A DNA stretch of 64,000 nt from an uncultured cyanobacterium (GCA_963718615.1 OY970368.1:3072001-3136000); one strand, 5' to 3'. Shown: positions 53,444 to 62,744, counted from the stretch's first letter. Made by a program: numbers and translations. Notes: generated by a model from the letters alone, not told the origin.

Positions 53444-55648
53444 TTAGCCCAGGGGATTGAGTCCTGGATCAGTGACCCAGAAAGAACCATCAATTCCTGC
53501 CAAGTCAGAGTCAGCGGTCGATGACAGGATTGCCTGTCCGCCTAAACTGTTTCCCTGAATCTCTACCTCCACCGCACGGTCATAACGACTATCGATCAGC
53601 GGTTGTGTGAGCATTACACCACCATCAAAATTCGCACGGAACTGGCCAGCCAACAGGAAGATATCATCGGTTGTACCAGTGCTTGGATCGAAATCAGAAT
53701 CGATCGCGTCATTAACGCCCACATTGGCCTGGGTAAGCTCGTATCCTGCAGGCAATCCCTCGATCGCAACCCTGTATTGCCCTGCAGCAAGGTTGCTAAA
53801 GCCATAGAAGCCCTCAGCGCCCGTCGTTTGGGTCCGAATGAGATCATCAGCAGTATTGAATTGTGCATCTGCCCCAGCCCCGCGCAGCGTGACCTGCGCG
53901 CCCGCAAAACCGCCTTCATTGACATCGTGCAGGCCATTGCCATTTTCATCGAAAAAGACACGGTTGCCGATAAAACCCGTTTTGGGATCAACCTTACCCG
54001 GTGTGGAGACCACGCCCGCATCAATATCGGCACGAAACTGACCGGCTGACAGGGTGATCGGCTCTGTCATGCCACTGTTGGGATCAACGTCTGAATCCAG
54101 GGCGTCGTTATTGCCCACATTGGCATAGGTGAGCTGAAAGCCTTCCGGCAGGCTGTCGATAGAGATTTTGTATTGTCCCGCAGCCAGATCGCTGAATCCG
54201 TAAAACCCTTTTTGCGCTGTGGTTTGGGTCTGGACAATATCGTCTTCCGTGTCAAAGAGATTATCCGTTCCAGCGCCCCGCAGAGTTACCCTTGCCCCTG
54301 CAAATCCCTCTTCATTGCCGTCATAAAGACCATTGCCATTGGCATCGAAAAAGACCCGGTTGCCGATGAAACCCGTTTTGGGATCTACGGCAGGTCCTGC
54401 CTGTTGGACAACACCGGCATCAATATCGGCTCGAAATTCTCCAACTTCCAGCGTAATTTGTTCACTGATACCGCTACTGGGGTTAAAGTCAGAATCGATC
54501 GCATCATTGCCGCCCACATTGGCTTGGGTCAGTTGAACCTCTTCCGGCAAATTATCAATCGCAATTTGATATTGACCAGCAGCCAGATCGCCAAAACCAT
54601 AGAATCCCTCAGCCCCGGTCGTTTGGCTCCGAACTAAATCGTCATTGGTGTTGAATAAACCATCAGCACCAGCGCCCCGTAGGGTTACCCGTGCTCCGGC
54701 AAAACCGCCTTCGTCCGTATCCAAAAGACCGTTGGCATTGGCATCCAGAAAAACCCGGTTGCCGATGAAACCGGTCTTAGGATCAATCTTTTCCGGAGTG
54801 GTCACAACGCCTGCATCGATATCTGCGCGAAACTGGCCCGCCGAGAGTGTGATCACATCTGTCAAGCCACTGTTCGGATCAACATCCGAATCAAAGGCAT
54901 CGTTGTTGCCCACATTAGCTTGGGTTAGTTGGAAGCCTTCGGGTAAGTTGTCAAGGGAAATGGTATATTGCCCCGCCGCCAGATTGTCAAACCCATAAAA
55001 GCCCTGCTGACCTGTGGTTTGGGTCCGAATGACATCATCCGCCGTTTCAAACAGACCATCGGCACCCGCACCCCGCAGGGTTACCTGTGCGCCTCCAAAG
55101 CCTTCTTCGTTCTCATCAAAAAGACCATTGCCGTTTTTATCCAAAAAGACTCGGTTGCCGATGAAACCAGTCTTAGGATCGACTAGTGGACCTGTCTGTT
55201 GGACGACACCCGCATCAATATCAACCCGGACTTGATTATCCGCTAAGTTGATAATCTCTGTCTCACCTGTGAGCGGATCAATGTCAGAATCAATCGTGTT
55301 GTTATTGCCCACCTTTGCATGGGTTAGCTGAAACCCTTCGGGCAGATTATGGATAGAGATTTTGTATTGTCCACCCGCGAGATCGCCGAAACCATAAAAG
55401 CCTTGGGAGTTTGTATTTTGGGTTCGAAGAATATCATCATCAGTATTGAAGATTCCGTCTGCTCCAGCGCTCTGTAGCGTGACTTGGGCTCCAGCAAAGC
55501 CGCTTTCATTGGCTTCGTGCAGGCCATTGCCATTTTCGTCGAAGAAGACACGGTTGCCAATAAAACCGAGGGGAAGAAGAGTCAGTTCTGAGCTTTGATT
55601 GCTTTCAATATTCTGAAAGAGAGAAGAGCTGGTCGTGAATGAAGTCAT
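53444..55648 (-). CDS. Protein with five SdrD B-like (Cna-B) repeats
   Basis: 5 x GFIGNRVF(F/L)DxNxNG...GFYGF..L..GQY...DSD...D(A/G)GV, about 133 aa each; no signal peptide. Confidence 0.88.
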   Translation of the reverse strand: MTSFTTSSSLFQNIESNQSSELTLLPLGFIGNRVFFDENGNGLHEANESGFAGAQVTLQSAGADGIFNTDDDILRTQNTNSQGFYGFGDLAGGQYKISIHNLPEGFQLTHAKVGNNNTIDSDIDPLTGETEIINLADNQVRVDIDAGVVQQTGPLVDPKTGFIGNRVFLDKNGNGLFDENEEGFGGAQVTLRGAGADGLFETADDVIRTQTTGQQGFYGFDNLAAGQYTISLDNLPEGFQLTQANVGNNDAFDSDVDPNSGLTDVITLSAGQFRADIDAGVVTTPEKIDPKTGFIGNRVFLDANANGLLDTDEGGFAGARVTLRGAGADGLFNTNDDLVRSQTTGAEGFYGFGDLAAGQYQIAIDNLPEEVQLTQANVGGNDAIDSDFNPSSGISEQITLEVGEFRADIDAGVVQQAGPAVDPKTGFIGNRVFFDANGNGLYDGNEEGFAGARVTLRGAGTDNLFDTEDDIVQTQTTAQKGFYGFSDLAAGQYKISIDSLPEGFQLTYANVGNNDALDSDVDPNSGMTEPITLSAGQFRADIDAGVVSTPGKVDPKTGFIGNRVFFDENGNGLHDVNEGGFAGAQVTLRGAGADAQFNTADDLIRTQTTGAEGFYGFSNLAAGQYRVAIEGLPAGYELTQANVGVNDAIDSDFDPSTGTTDDIFLLAGQFRANFDGGVMLTQPLIDSRYDRAVEVEIQGNSLGGQAILSSTADSDLAGIDGSFWVTDPGLNPLG

Positions 55649-55878
55649 AGAACGTTGTTAACCTACAAAGTGAGTAGGTAAATGACCCGATTCAAAAAAG
55701 ATGCGATGGCTTTACTTTAGGTGATGATGCGGGATCTGTGCAAGTGTTATCACTGATAAATAACTCATTTATCGGCAACTTTATTTACTTGCAAAACGCT
55801 TTTTACACAGTACATGAAAACAGCGATCTGAATCGGGTTAACTCTCGCTAAAAATTTAGACTGGGGATGAGAAGTCTG

Positions 55879-56820
55879 CTACAACCGATATTGCCGAAAC
55901 ACATCGCTGGCGGCCCGATGGAGGAGCGAATGGCGAAAGACCAAGGCATTTAGATCATCGCAATAGCCCCCACCGATCACACAGGCTACCGGATAGCCTG
56001 CACTGACGCATGTGCTCAAAACCTGCATATCGCGACGGAATAGACCTTGATCCGTGAGGGCCAGTTTGCCGAGGCGATCGCCCACATGGGGATCCACCCC
56101 CGCATTGTAAAACACAATATCCGGCTTTACTTGGCTCAATAGATCGGGCAGATGCTGCGCCAACGCCTGGAGATACTCATCATCCTCAGTCCCTTCTCCG
56201 AGGGGCAGATCCAGATCGCTTTGCTGTTTGCGCAGGGGAAAGTTAATGCCGCAGTGGATCGAAAAGGTAAACACCCGAGGATCATTGCGAAAAATCCAGG
56301 CAGTGCCGTCCCCTTGGTGAACATCCAGATCGACGATGAGGATTTGCTGGGCTTGGTTGTTTTGGAGGAGCGATCGCGCCGCCACCGCAAAATCATTAAA
56401 AATGCAAAACCCCGAACCATAGTCCGGAAACGCATGGTGGGTGCCCCCCGCCGTATTGCAAGCCAAACCTCGCTCTAGGGCCAGTTGTGCCGTCAAAATG
56501 GTTCCCGCCACCGCTCGACAGGTGCGCCGCACCAAGACTGGCGACCAGGGCAAGCCAATGCGACGCTGGGCGCGAGGGTCAAGGGTTCCAGTTTGATAGG
56601 CCCGAATATACTCCGGACTATGAACCAGTTGTAGGAGCGTATCGCTGGGAAAATCCGGTGCGTGAAACTGATGGGGGTGAACCACCCGATCTCGCAGTAG
56701 CAACTCTCGCAGTAGCGAGAATTTACTCATGGGAAAACGGTGGTGCTCCGGCAGCGGCGCAACATATTCAGGATGGTAGACCAGGGGCAAGTCGGCGATC
56801 GCAGACACCATCGAAAGCAC
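55879..56820 (-). CDS. Histone deacetylase family protein
   Basis: HRFPMSKF, GGTHHA, GFCIFND, DLDVHQGDGT, GVDPH..DRLG, GGGY. Confidence 0.93.
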   Translation of the reverse strand: MLSMVSAIADLPLVYHPEYVAPLPEHHRFPMSKFSLLRELLLRDRVVHPHQFHAPDFPSDTLLQLVHSPEYIRAYQTGTLDPRAQRRIGLPWSPVLVRRTCRAVAGTILTAQLALERGLACNTAGGTHHAFPDYGSGFCIFNDFAVAARSLLQNNQAQQILIVDLDVHQGDGTAWIFRNDPRVFTFSIHCGINFPLRKQQSDLDLPLGEGTEDDEYLQALAQHLPDLLSQVKPDIVFYNAGVDPHVGDRLGKLALTDQGLFRRDMQVLSTCVSAGYPVACVIGGGYCDDLNALVFRHSLLHRAASDVFRQYRL

Positions 56821-56898
56821 AAAGAATCGAAACGGCAGGTTCTCTGTCCCAGGCTACAGTGAAAGTCCTGAGGGCAACACCCCAAGCACAGGAACCGC

Positions 56899-58698
56899 TC
56901 AAGATCCGCCAGGACCGCGCAGGGCTGAATACACAGGAGACGAGGCTGAGGCCAAGGCCGAAAACATCGGGAAATGGGCGATCGCCCCCATCGGCAGACC
57001 CACCAAACAAAACAGATAGACCAAGCCCAAAACCAGCCGTGTCCGGCCCGAAGCTTGGGCTTCTCGCTGTCGCTCCCAGACATCCTTGGCGATCGCATAC
57101 CGCTGTTCAAAGGACCGCTTTCCATAGCCAGAGTCCCGCAAGGTCTGAAAAATGGCTTGAAGATAAGGCCGATCGAGACCCTCTAGGGGACGATTGGCCC
57201 CTTGGCTTTTCCAGGTTTCTGGCAGAGAAGCTCCCTCGGAAGTCTTCAGGGAATTTTTCAGGGAACTTTGCAATTTAGCGCTGCGGAAACTGTGGGGAAT
57301 ACTGAGACCCACACCGACGGCAAGGAGCAAAAGCAACGGGCTAAACCAGGATAGGGCAGATAATGCGGCGATCGCCCCCAGCTTAAACCCCACATCGGCC
57401 CAAGGATAGCGGGAAAACAGCAGCAGGTACGCAATCTTGCCACCATCCAGCGGATAGATCGGCAGCAAATTAAACAGGTTGAAGCCAACCAAAATGATGC
57501 TGCCTTCCCAGAGCCAAGGGGATTGCGGACTGGATTGCAGACTCCCCAAGGTTTGCCAGAGGAGCCCGCCCAGACCGAGAGCCAGCCCTGGCAGGGGACC
57601 CGACAGTAGAACGATAATTTTTTCACTCAAAGAGGCATGGGCTTTATGACCCGTGGCAACACCTCCCAAAAACGGTAGAAAAAAGATCGCAGTTTCCCGA
57701 TAGCCCAGGAGCCCCATGGCGAGAAAATGGCCCAGCTCATGGAGGGCGATCGCCCCCACCAGCATCAACAGTCCCCAGCCATCCCCAAAGGCCCGCAGCG
57801 ACAACCCCAACAACGCCAAACTTACCCCAAAGGCCCAGGAGGAGCCCGCCGAACGACGCACCGCCCCTGCCTCCATCTGGCCCATGCGTTCAAAATTCTC
57901 AACCTCTAGCTCAATCGGGATCTCGATCTGGCCATCGGGTTCCTGTTGAGCGCGAGCGACATAGGCTTTGAGCAGTTGCACCGTCTGGCGATGGCCCCGT
58001 GCAATCCGCCAAGTAACCGCCATTGCCGTGGGGAGACTGAGCTTATGAAGCGCCTGCTGGGGAGCCGCAATAATCTGTCCTTGGTCCCACAGGTGTTTGA
58101 GATAGCGATCGTAATGATCATTCAGGACATCCACATAGAGGGGTTTGGGAATTTTAACCGGGAGCTGGGACCAGGACTCTAGGCGCTGTTGATGGCCTCG
58201 CCATTGAGCCGCCAGATCAGCCGTATAAAAGTCCTGAACCTGGGTTTGGGGCAAGGTACCAATCAGCGAATGGGCTGCGCCATTGAGGGTTAAAAGTAGC
58301 GTTCGGTCTTGAAAAAAAGAATAAAACGCAACGTGATACCAGAGCGCAGGTTCAATGGGATGCCGCAAACTGATATGGGCATAGGTTTGCCATTGGGGAT
58401 GAAACAACAGCAGTTCCCACTCCTTCCTCGGTCCCCCATGAATCAAGGGCTGCACCGCCAAGGCCCCCATGGGTTCAAAGCCTTGGGCTTGTAGATGCTG
58501 AAGCGGCACTTGAAACAGAGGCACCAGGGCCGCCGGAACCCCCTGAACATCATTGGGATCTGCATCATTAGCCCGTCGCAACTCATATTGAATGGGCTGG
58601 ATACCGAGACGAATTAAACGCTGAAAAATAATTAAATAAAACGTAGATGAAATAAAAATAAACAATAAAATCGCTACAAACAAAAGCCACATTGTCAT
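56899..58698 (-). CDS. Site-2 protease (M50) family protein with extended N-terminal domain
   Basis: HELGH zinc motif, LSGP, FNLLPIYPLDGG, multiple TM helices. Confidence 0.88.
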   Translation of the reverse strand: MTMWLLFVAILLFIFISSTFYLIIFQRLIRLGIQPIQYELRRANDADPNDVQGVPAALVPLFQVPLQHLQAQGFEPMGALAVQPLIHGGPRKEWELLLFHPQWQTYAHISLRHPIEPALWYHVAFYSFFQDRTLLLTLNGAAHSLIGTLPQTQVQDFYTADLAAQWRGHQQRLESWSQLPVKIPKPLYVDVLNDHYDRYLKHLWDQGQIIAAPQQALHKLSLPTAMAVTWRIARGHRQTVQLLKAYVARAQQEPDGQIEIPIELEVENFERMGQMEAGAVRRSAGSSWAFGVSLALLGLSLRAFGDGWGLLMLVGAIALHELGHFLAMGLLGYRETAIFFLPFLGGVATGHKAHASLSEKIIVLLSGPLPGLALGLGGLLWQTLGSLQSSPQSPWLWEGSIILVGFNLFNLLPIYPLDGGKIAYLLLFSRYPWADVGFKLGAIAALSALSWFSPLLLLLAVGVGLSIPHSFRSAKLQSSLKNSLKTSEGASLPETWKSQGANRPLEGLDRPYLQAIFQTLRDSGYGKRSFEQRYAIAKDVWERQREAQASGRTRLVLGLVYLFCLVGLPMGAIAHFPMFSALASASSPVYSALRGPGGS

Positions 58699-58966
58699 TA
58701 ATTCTTTAGGTAGAGAACGAGCGACCTGCTATCTCTACTTTGCCCTATTTCTTTTGATTCAAAATCCTTCAAATGTCGGAATGTAGGTATTTTAATTGTG
58801 TAGACTTCAATAAAATTTTTGTATTCAATAAATTTAGTTCAACCTGAGGTCTGGATTTTTTTCCTAGCGAATAAGATATGATACGAACCGTTTACAGCTC
58901 AGTCCACCGTTCAGTCCACCGTTCACGCTCCGTTTTTCTCCCCGAGAGGACCTTCAAACGCCCCCT

Positions 58967-60163
58967 ATGACCGTGCATCTTTTCCATTCGCTCTTGCCTG
59001 TCCCCGCTGGCATCCCCCAGGTTGCGGCGCTAGCCTTAGACGCTACTCCGGTAGAGTTTTCGCTAATTATCCCAACCTACAATGAGCGAGAAAATCTGCC
59101 CCAACTCCTAGCGGAGCTAGTGGCGCTGCTGGAGTCTGTGGTTCCGGGGGATTATGAAATCATTGTGGTGGACGACAATAGCCCCGATCGCACCTGGGAA
59201 CTTGCTCTGGACTTGATGAGCCAATATCCTCAGCTCTGGGTCATGCGACGACAGCGAGAACAGGGACTTGCCAGTGCGGTAGTCCGGGGCTGGCAAGTCT
59301 CACGGGGGAAGATTCTCGGCGTCATTGATGCGGATTTACAGCATCCTCCCCAAACCCTCTTGCCTCTGCTTCAGCAGATCCAAGGGGGGGCCGATTTGGC
59401 GATCGCCAGCCGTCACATCGAAGGGGGGGGCGTGAGCAACTGGAGTTTTAGTCGCCGATTTCTCTCGCGGGGGGCACAAATTCTGGGGCTGATCCTTTTA
59501 CCGGGGGTCGTGGGTCGTGTGTCGGATCCCATGAGTGGTTTCTTTTTGGTGCGCAGAGGGGCGATCGCCCATTCTCCGCTCTATCCCCACAGCTACAAAA
59601 TTTTGCTAGAGGTTCTCGCCCGAGGTCAGGCTGGTGCCATTGCGGAGGTGGGATATATCTTTCGATCGCGCCACCAGGGCCAGAGCAAAGTCAGTCTACG
59701 TCAATACAGTGATTATCTTCTCCATCTTTTGCGGCTGCGGCTGAGCCTCTTTCCAGGGCAGCGATTTTTGCGCTTTGGCTTGGTTGGGCTGAGCGGTGTC
59801 TGTGTGGATATGGCGCTTTTCTATGGCCTCAGCAGTACCGCTGGATTAGGCTGGGGGCTGAGCCTTAGCAAGATTTTGGCCGCAGAAGCCGCCATGGTTA
59901 ACAATTTTATTTGGAACGATGCTTGGACGTTTCGAGACTTGAGTAGCCATCAACGGGGCTGGCGGAAACGAGGCCAACGGTTTTTGAAGTTTAACTTGGT
60001 CTGTGGTCTGGGCTTGGTCTTGAATGTGTTGATTTTGAATTTACTGGTTCATACGATTTTGCCCCACAAGTATCTGGCGAATTTGGTGGCGATCGCCCTC
60101 ACCACGGTCTGGAATTTCTGGATTAATTTCAAACTCAGTTGGCGAGTGACGGATACCCATTAG
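58967..60163 (+). CDS. GT2 glycosyltransferase (polyprenol-phosphate hexose synthase-like) fused to a GtrA domain
   Basis: IIPTYNEREN, VVDDNSPD, IDADLQHPP, SDPMSGFF; C-terminal RFGLVGLSG..NNFIWN..WTF GtrA helices. Confidence 0.92.
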   Translation: MTVHLFHSLLPVPAGIPQVAALALDATPVEFSLIIPTYNERENLPQLLAELVALLESVVPGDYEIIVVDDNSPDRTWELALDLMSQYPQLWVMRRQREQGLASAVVRGWQVSRGKILGVIDADLQHPPQTLLPLLQQIQGGADLAIASRHIEGGGVSNWSFSRRFLSRGAQILGLILLPGVVGRVSDPMSGFFLVRRGAIAHSPLYPHSYKILLEVLARGQAGAIAEVGYIFRSRHQGQSKVSLRQYSDYLLHLLRLRLSLFPGQRFLRFGLVGLSGVCVDMALFYGLSSTAGLGWGLSLSKILAAEAAMVNNFIWNDAWTFRDLSSHQRGWRKRGQRFLKFNLVCGLGLVLNVLILNLLVHTILPHKYLANLVAIALTTVWNFWINFKLSWRVTDTH

Positions 60164-60371
60164 ACTTCTTGGCTGATCAATGCCTAGGTCCTTAACCCGA
60201 AGCTGTCAGCCTGGGTTGGGTTGAGGCGTTTACGAGGTTTGGGAGAATGGTTCACGGAAATTACGGAGCGTTCTGCCGAATTGCCAGTATGGGTGTATTA
60301 GGCAGAATTCTGGCAACGCACGCACAGGAGCAATTAAGGTCCGTTTTGCCTAAGGCTCTACTGGGGGATCT

Positions 60372-60574
60372 GATGTGCGGTTTGAATCGGCCTAACGCTA
60401 TAATCTGGGGAGTTAAGCTGACGGATTTCGGTATAACACTCTATATTCGAGGTGTTAAGCGGAATTGAATCGGCATAACATCCGGATTTGGGTGGATAGG
60501 CGAAACACAATTCGGTATAACACCCCTAAAGGGGTGAATAGGCTAACTCAGTTCAGCCTAAACAATAGTTATCT
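60372..60574 (+). mobile_element. attI-like site: five ~42-bp phased repeats ending in crossover G^TTATCT
   Basis: TCGGYMTAAC-like motifs end at 60396, 60437, 60479, 60521 and ~60563; GTTATCT at 60568-60574 is the exact complement of the R'' of the first attC. Confidence 0.65.
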
Positions 60575-60600
60575 AGTAAATCTCTTGTTGATATACACTT

Positions 60601-61716
60601 ATGTCACATTCATTTCGCGATATCCAGGGCATCATTGATGATCTCAATCGGTCGCGCTCAGTGTACAAGAGCTTCACGGATCAGATTCTGTCATCGACAT
60701 CAGGCATTAACGCGATTCAAGAGTCTCTAGCCGCCCAAAGAGCACTTGACCGTAGCCTTCTCGCATCAGCGACATCAGCTCTCGCCACAGTAAATCTCCC
60801 CGATTACACAAGTAACATTCGCGATCTAGTTTCCGCTAACAAGACACTGACCGACATTGTCTCACAGGCGTCAATTGCCGACTCAGCGATGTCTAAGATT
60901 TTTGCTGAGCACAACGTACTGCGAAAATCATTGGCTTCAATCGCCTCTCTTCGTTCGACAACCGAGCCTTTGGCATCATTTGATACCAGTCGCTTACTCT
61001 ACACTTCGCTCAGCAGTCAGGTTCGGCTTCTTGACTTGGAGACGCATTCTTTCGGGAACTTAATTGGCGCAACAAATTTATTTACCAATGACCTCGCGGC
61101 GACATTCAGTAAACTTACCAGTTCGTATCGCGATGTGATCGAGTCTATCCCAAAGATTTCCAAGCAGTTAGTTCCGTTTGTTGCAACGTATGCACCGATT
61201 GAATACGCCCTTGAACTTGATGTCATTGAAGGTATTACAGTTGAAGACGACGAAGCTCAAGACCTCGAACCGCTACCGTCAGTTGACGACGAACTGGCAT
61301 CATTTGATGAACGTCTTCTCGCTCTTCTGAAAGGTGCAAGACAGTCGTTGGATTCAGATAACCCAGAAAAGGCTCGTCACGTTACAACGTCGGTTCGTGA
61401 GTTTTTTACTCATATTCTTCACGAACTCGCCCCCGACCACGAAATAAACCAATGGACAACTGACGCCTCTTATTATCACAACGGTCGCCCGACACGTCGT
61501 ACACGCTTGCTCTTCATCTGCCGAACTTTCTCGTGCGATCCCCTTACAAAGTTCATCGAACATGATGTTCAGGCTGCGCTCACTCTGGTAGATTCGCTCA
61601 ATGCTGGTACACACGCGATCGAGTCCAAGCTCACGCAACCTCAACTTCAGGCAATCGTATATCGCATGGAATCTCTAGCGTTATTCCTGCTCAAAGTATC
61701 ACGAGGTGGTGGTTAA
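60601..61716 (+). CDS. Gene cassette 1: hypothetical protein; C-terminal region resembles the predicted pPIWI-associating nuclease domain
   Basis: 371-aa ORF, no HIP1 seen, start 33 nt after the crossover; C-terminal GAR.SL..DNPEK.RH...SVRE...LAPD..I..W...GRPTRR.RL motif (family call from memory). Confidence 0.65.
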   Translation: MSHSFRDIQGIIDDLNRSRSVYKSFTDQILSSTSGINAIQESLAAQRALDRSLLASATSALATVNLPDYTSNIRDLVSANKTLTDIVSQASIADSAMSKIFAEHNVLRKSLASIASLRSTTEPLASFDTSRLLYTSLSSQVRLLDLETHSFGNLIGATNLFTNDLAATFSKLTSSYRDVIESIPKISKQLVPFVATYAPIEYALELDVIEGITVEDDEAQDLEPLPSVDDELASFDERLLALLKGARQSLDSDNPEKARHVTTSVREFFTHILHELAPDHEINQWTTDASYYHNGRPTRRTRLLFICRTFSCDPLTKFIEHDVQAALTLVDSLNAGTHAIESKLTQPQLQAIVYRMESLALFLLKVSRGGG

Positions 61717-61726
61717 TGGGTTGGTC

Positions 61727-61816
61727 AGATAACAAACGCCCATGCACACCGACCGCCGAGAGTTGATCGGTTATGATTCAGAGGTTGTCTGCGGCGGGTG
61801 ATGGGCACCGTTTTAG
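61727..61816 (+). mobile_element. attC recombination site
   Basis: R'' AGATAAC; L'' GCCCATgCAC pairs with L' GTGATGGGC (one extrahelical base); CCGaCCGC pairs with GCGGCGG (second extrahelical base); R' GTT at 61810. Confidence 0.8.
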
Positions 61817-61828
61817 GCGTTCACGCGT

Positions 61829-62164
61829 ATGAAACCACAATACCATCGTCATAGTTGTCCGAACTGCGGCCATCGGGTTAGTTGGTCGCGCCTGCATCTG
61901 CGCGCATGGATTTGGGCTCGGTGGCGATGCGAGTCTTGTAGCAGTGAGTTACGTTTCGATTCTGGTAGGCGTTGGTTATACGCAGGCTTGTCTGCTCTGT
62001 GGTTTATTTTTCTTGTCGCATTAGTCAGGCAGTATGTGGATTTATGGGTGTGTGGCGTTCTTGTTTTTGTCGGTGTCATTGCGATATCCCGATTGGAGCG
62101 CATTCGACTTGTTCGGGAGTCCCACCACACAGCAGATTTGTATGCACGACCAAAGGACACCTAA
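61829..62164 (+). CDS. Gene cassette 2: CxxC-x20-CxxC zinc-ribbon membrane protein
   Basis: CPNC-x20-CESC followed by two TM helices; stop codon lies inside the R'' box ACCTAAC (62159-62165). Confidence 0.7.
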   Translation: MKPQYHRHSCPNCGHRVSWSRLHLRAWIWARWRCESCSSELRFDSGRRWLYAGLSALWFIFLVALVRQYVDLWVCGVLVFVGVIAISRLERIRLVRESHHTADLYARPKDT

Positions 62165-62173
62165 CCAGAGCGC

Positions 62174-62453
62174 TTCTGCAATTCTCTCGGCAACTTCATC
62201 ATTCGATTCTTTCACCTCAAATGCTCGATGCGCCTGCTTGAGAAATTCATTCTTCCAGCGGCACAGCACTGACATATGGACTTTGTGGGCTCGTCTTGCT
62301 TCTGTTGGCAAACGCTGACCACTCAGCAGTTCCAGCACCACTTTTGCCTTGAACTCGCTGCTATAATTTCTTTGCTTTTTGTCATGACCTCTTTCCCTCC
62401 TGGACTTCAGCTTACTCTCTCTACCCTCTGTCCAGTTTGAGGGGGTCACTTCA
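62174..62453 (-). mobile_element. IS3-family remnant (left end plus truncated orfA)
   Basis: End TGAAGTGACCCCCTCAAACTGGACA; HTH RNYSSEFKAKVVLELL..VLCRWKNEF; ATG at 62385 is out of frame; no orfB. Confidence 0.8.
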
Positions 62454-62613
62454 AAATGACTATCTTTGCATGATTCTCCACAGTGCCATGGCAAACCCAG
62501 AGGTTGCTCACACAGCTCATCTATGAAATCCGATTATTCTCTCGATTACAGTCATGCGCGATCCCTGCAAAAAGATGAGCCTAGCGCATGACTTTAGCCT
62601 GAGCATCTGCTTC

Positions 62614-62645
62614 GTTGGGTTTCGTTGCACTCAACACCAACCTAC
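62614..62645 (-). repeat. GTAG-type REP-like palindrome
   Basis: Minus strand GTAGGTTGGTGTTGAGTGCAACGAAACCCAAC. Confidence 0.6.
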
Positions 62646-62744
62646 GGATTTTTCTTTCTGTGCCAACGCAGACGTAATTTCTCTGACCAAAACCGCTAGG
62701 CGAGTGACATAAAAGTACTACTGCCAGCGCAGCGGAGACTTGTC

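Noticed and set aside
56487-57278. 263-aa plus-strand ORF
   Set aside because: Antisense to the deacetylase and M50 protease genes; low-complexity translation
60247-60468. 73-aa ORF as an integrase remnant
   Set aside because: No tyrosine-recombinase motifs; it overlaps the non-coding repeat ladder
60372-60563. Possible CRISPR array
   Set aside because: Units are degenerate, the variable parts are only about 10-16 bp and no cas genes are present; motifs match integrase core boxes and end at a cassette crossover
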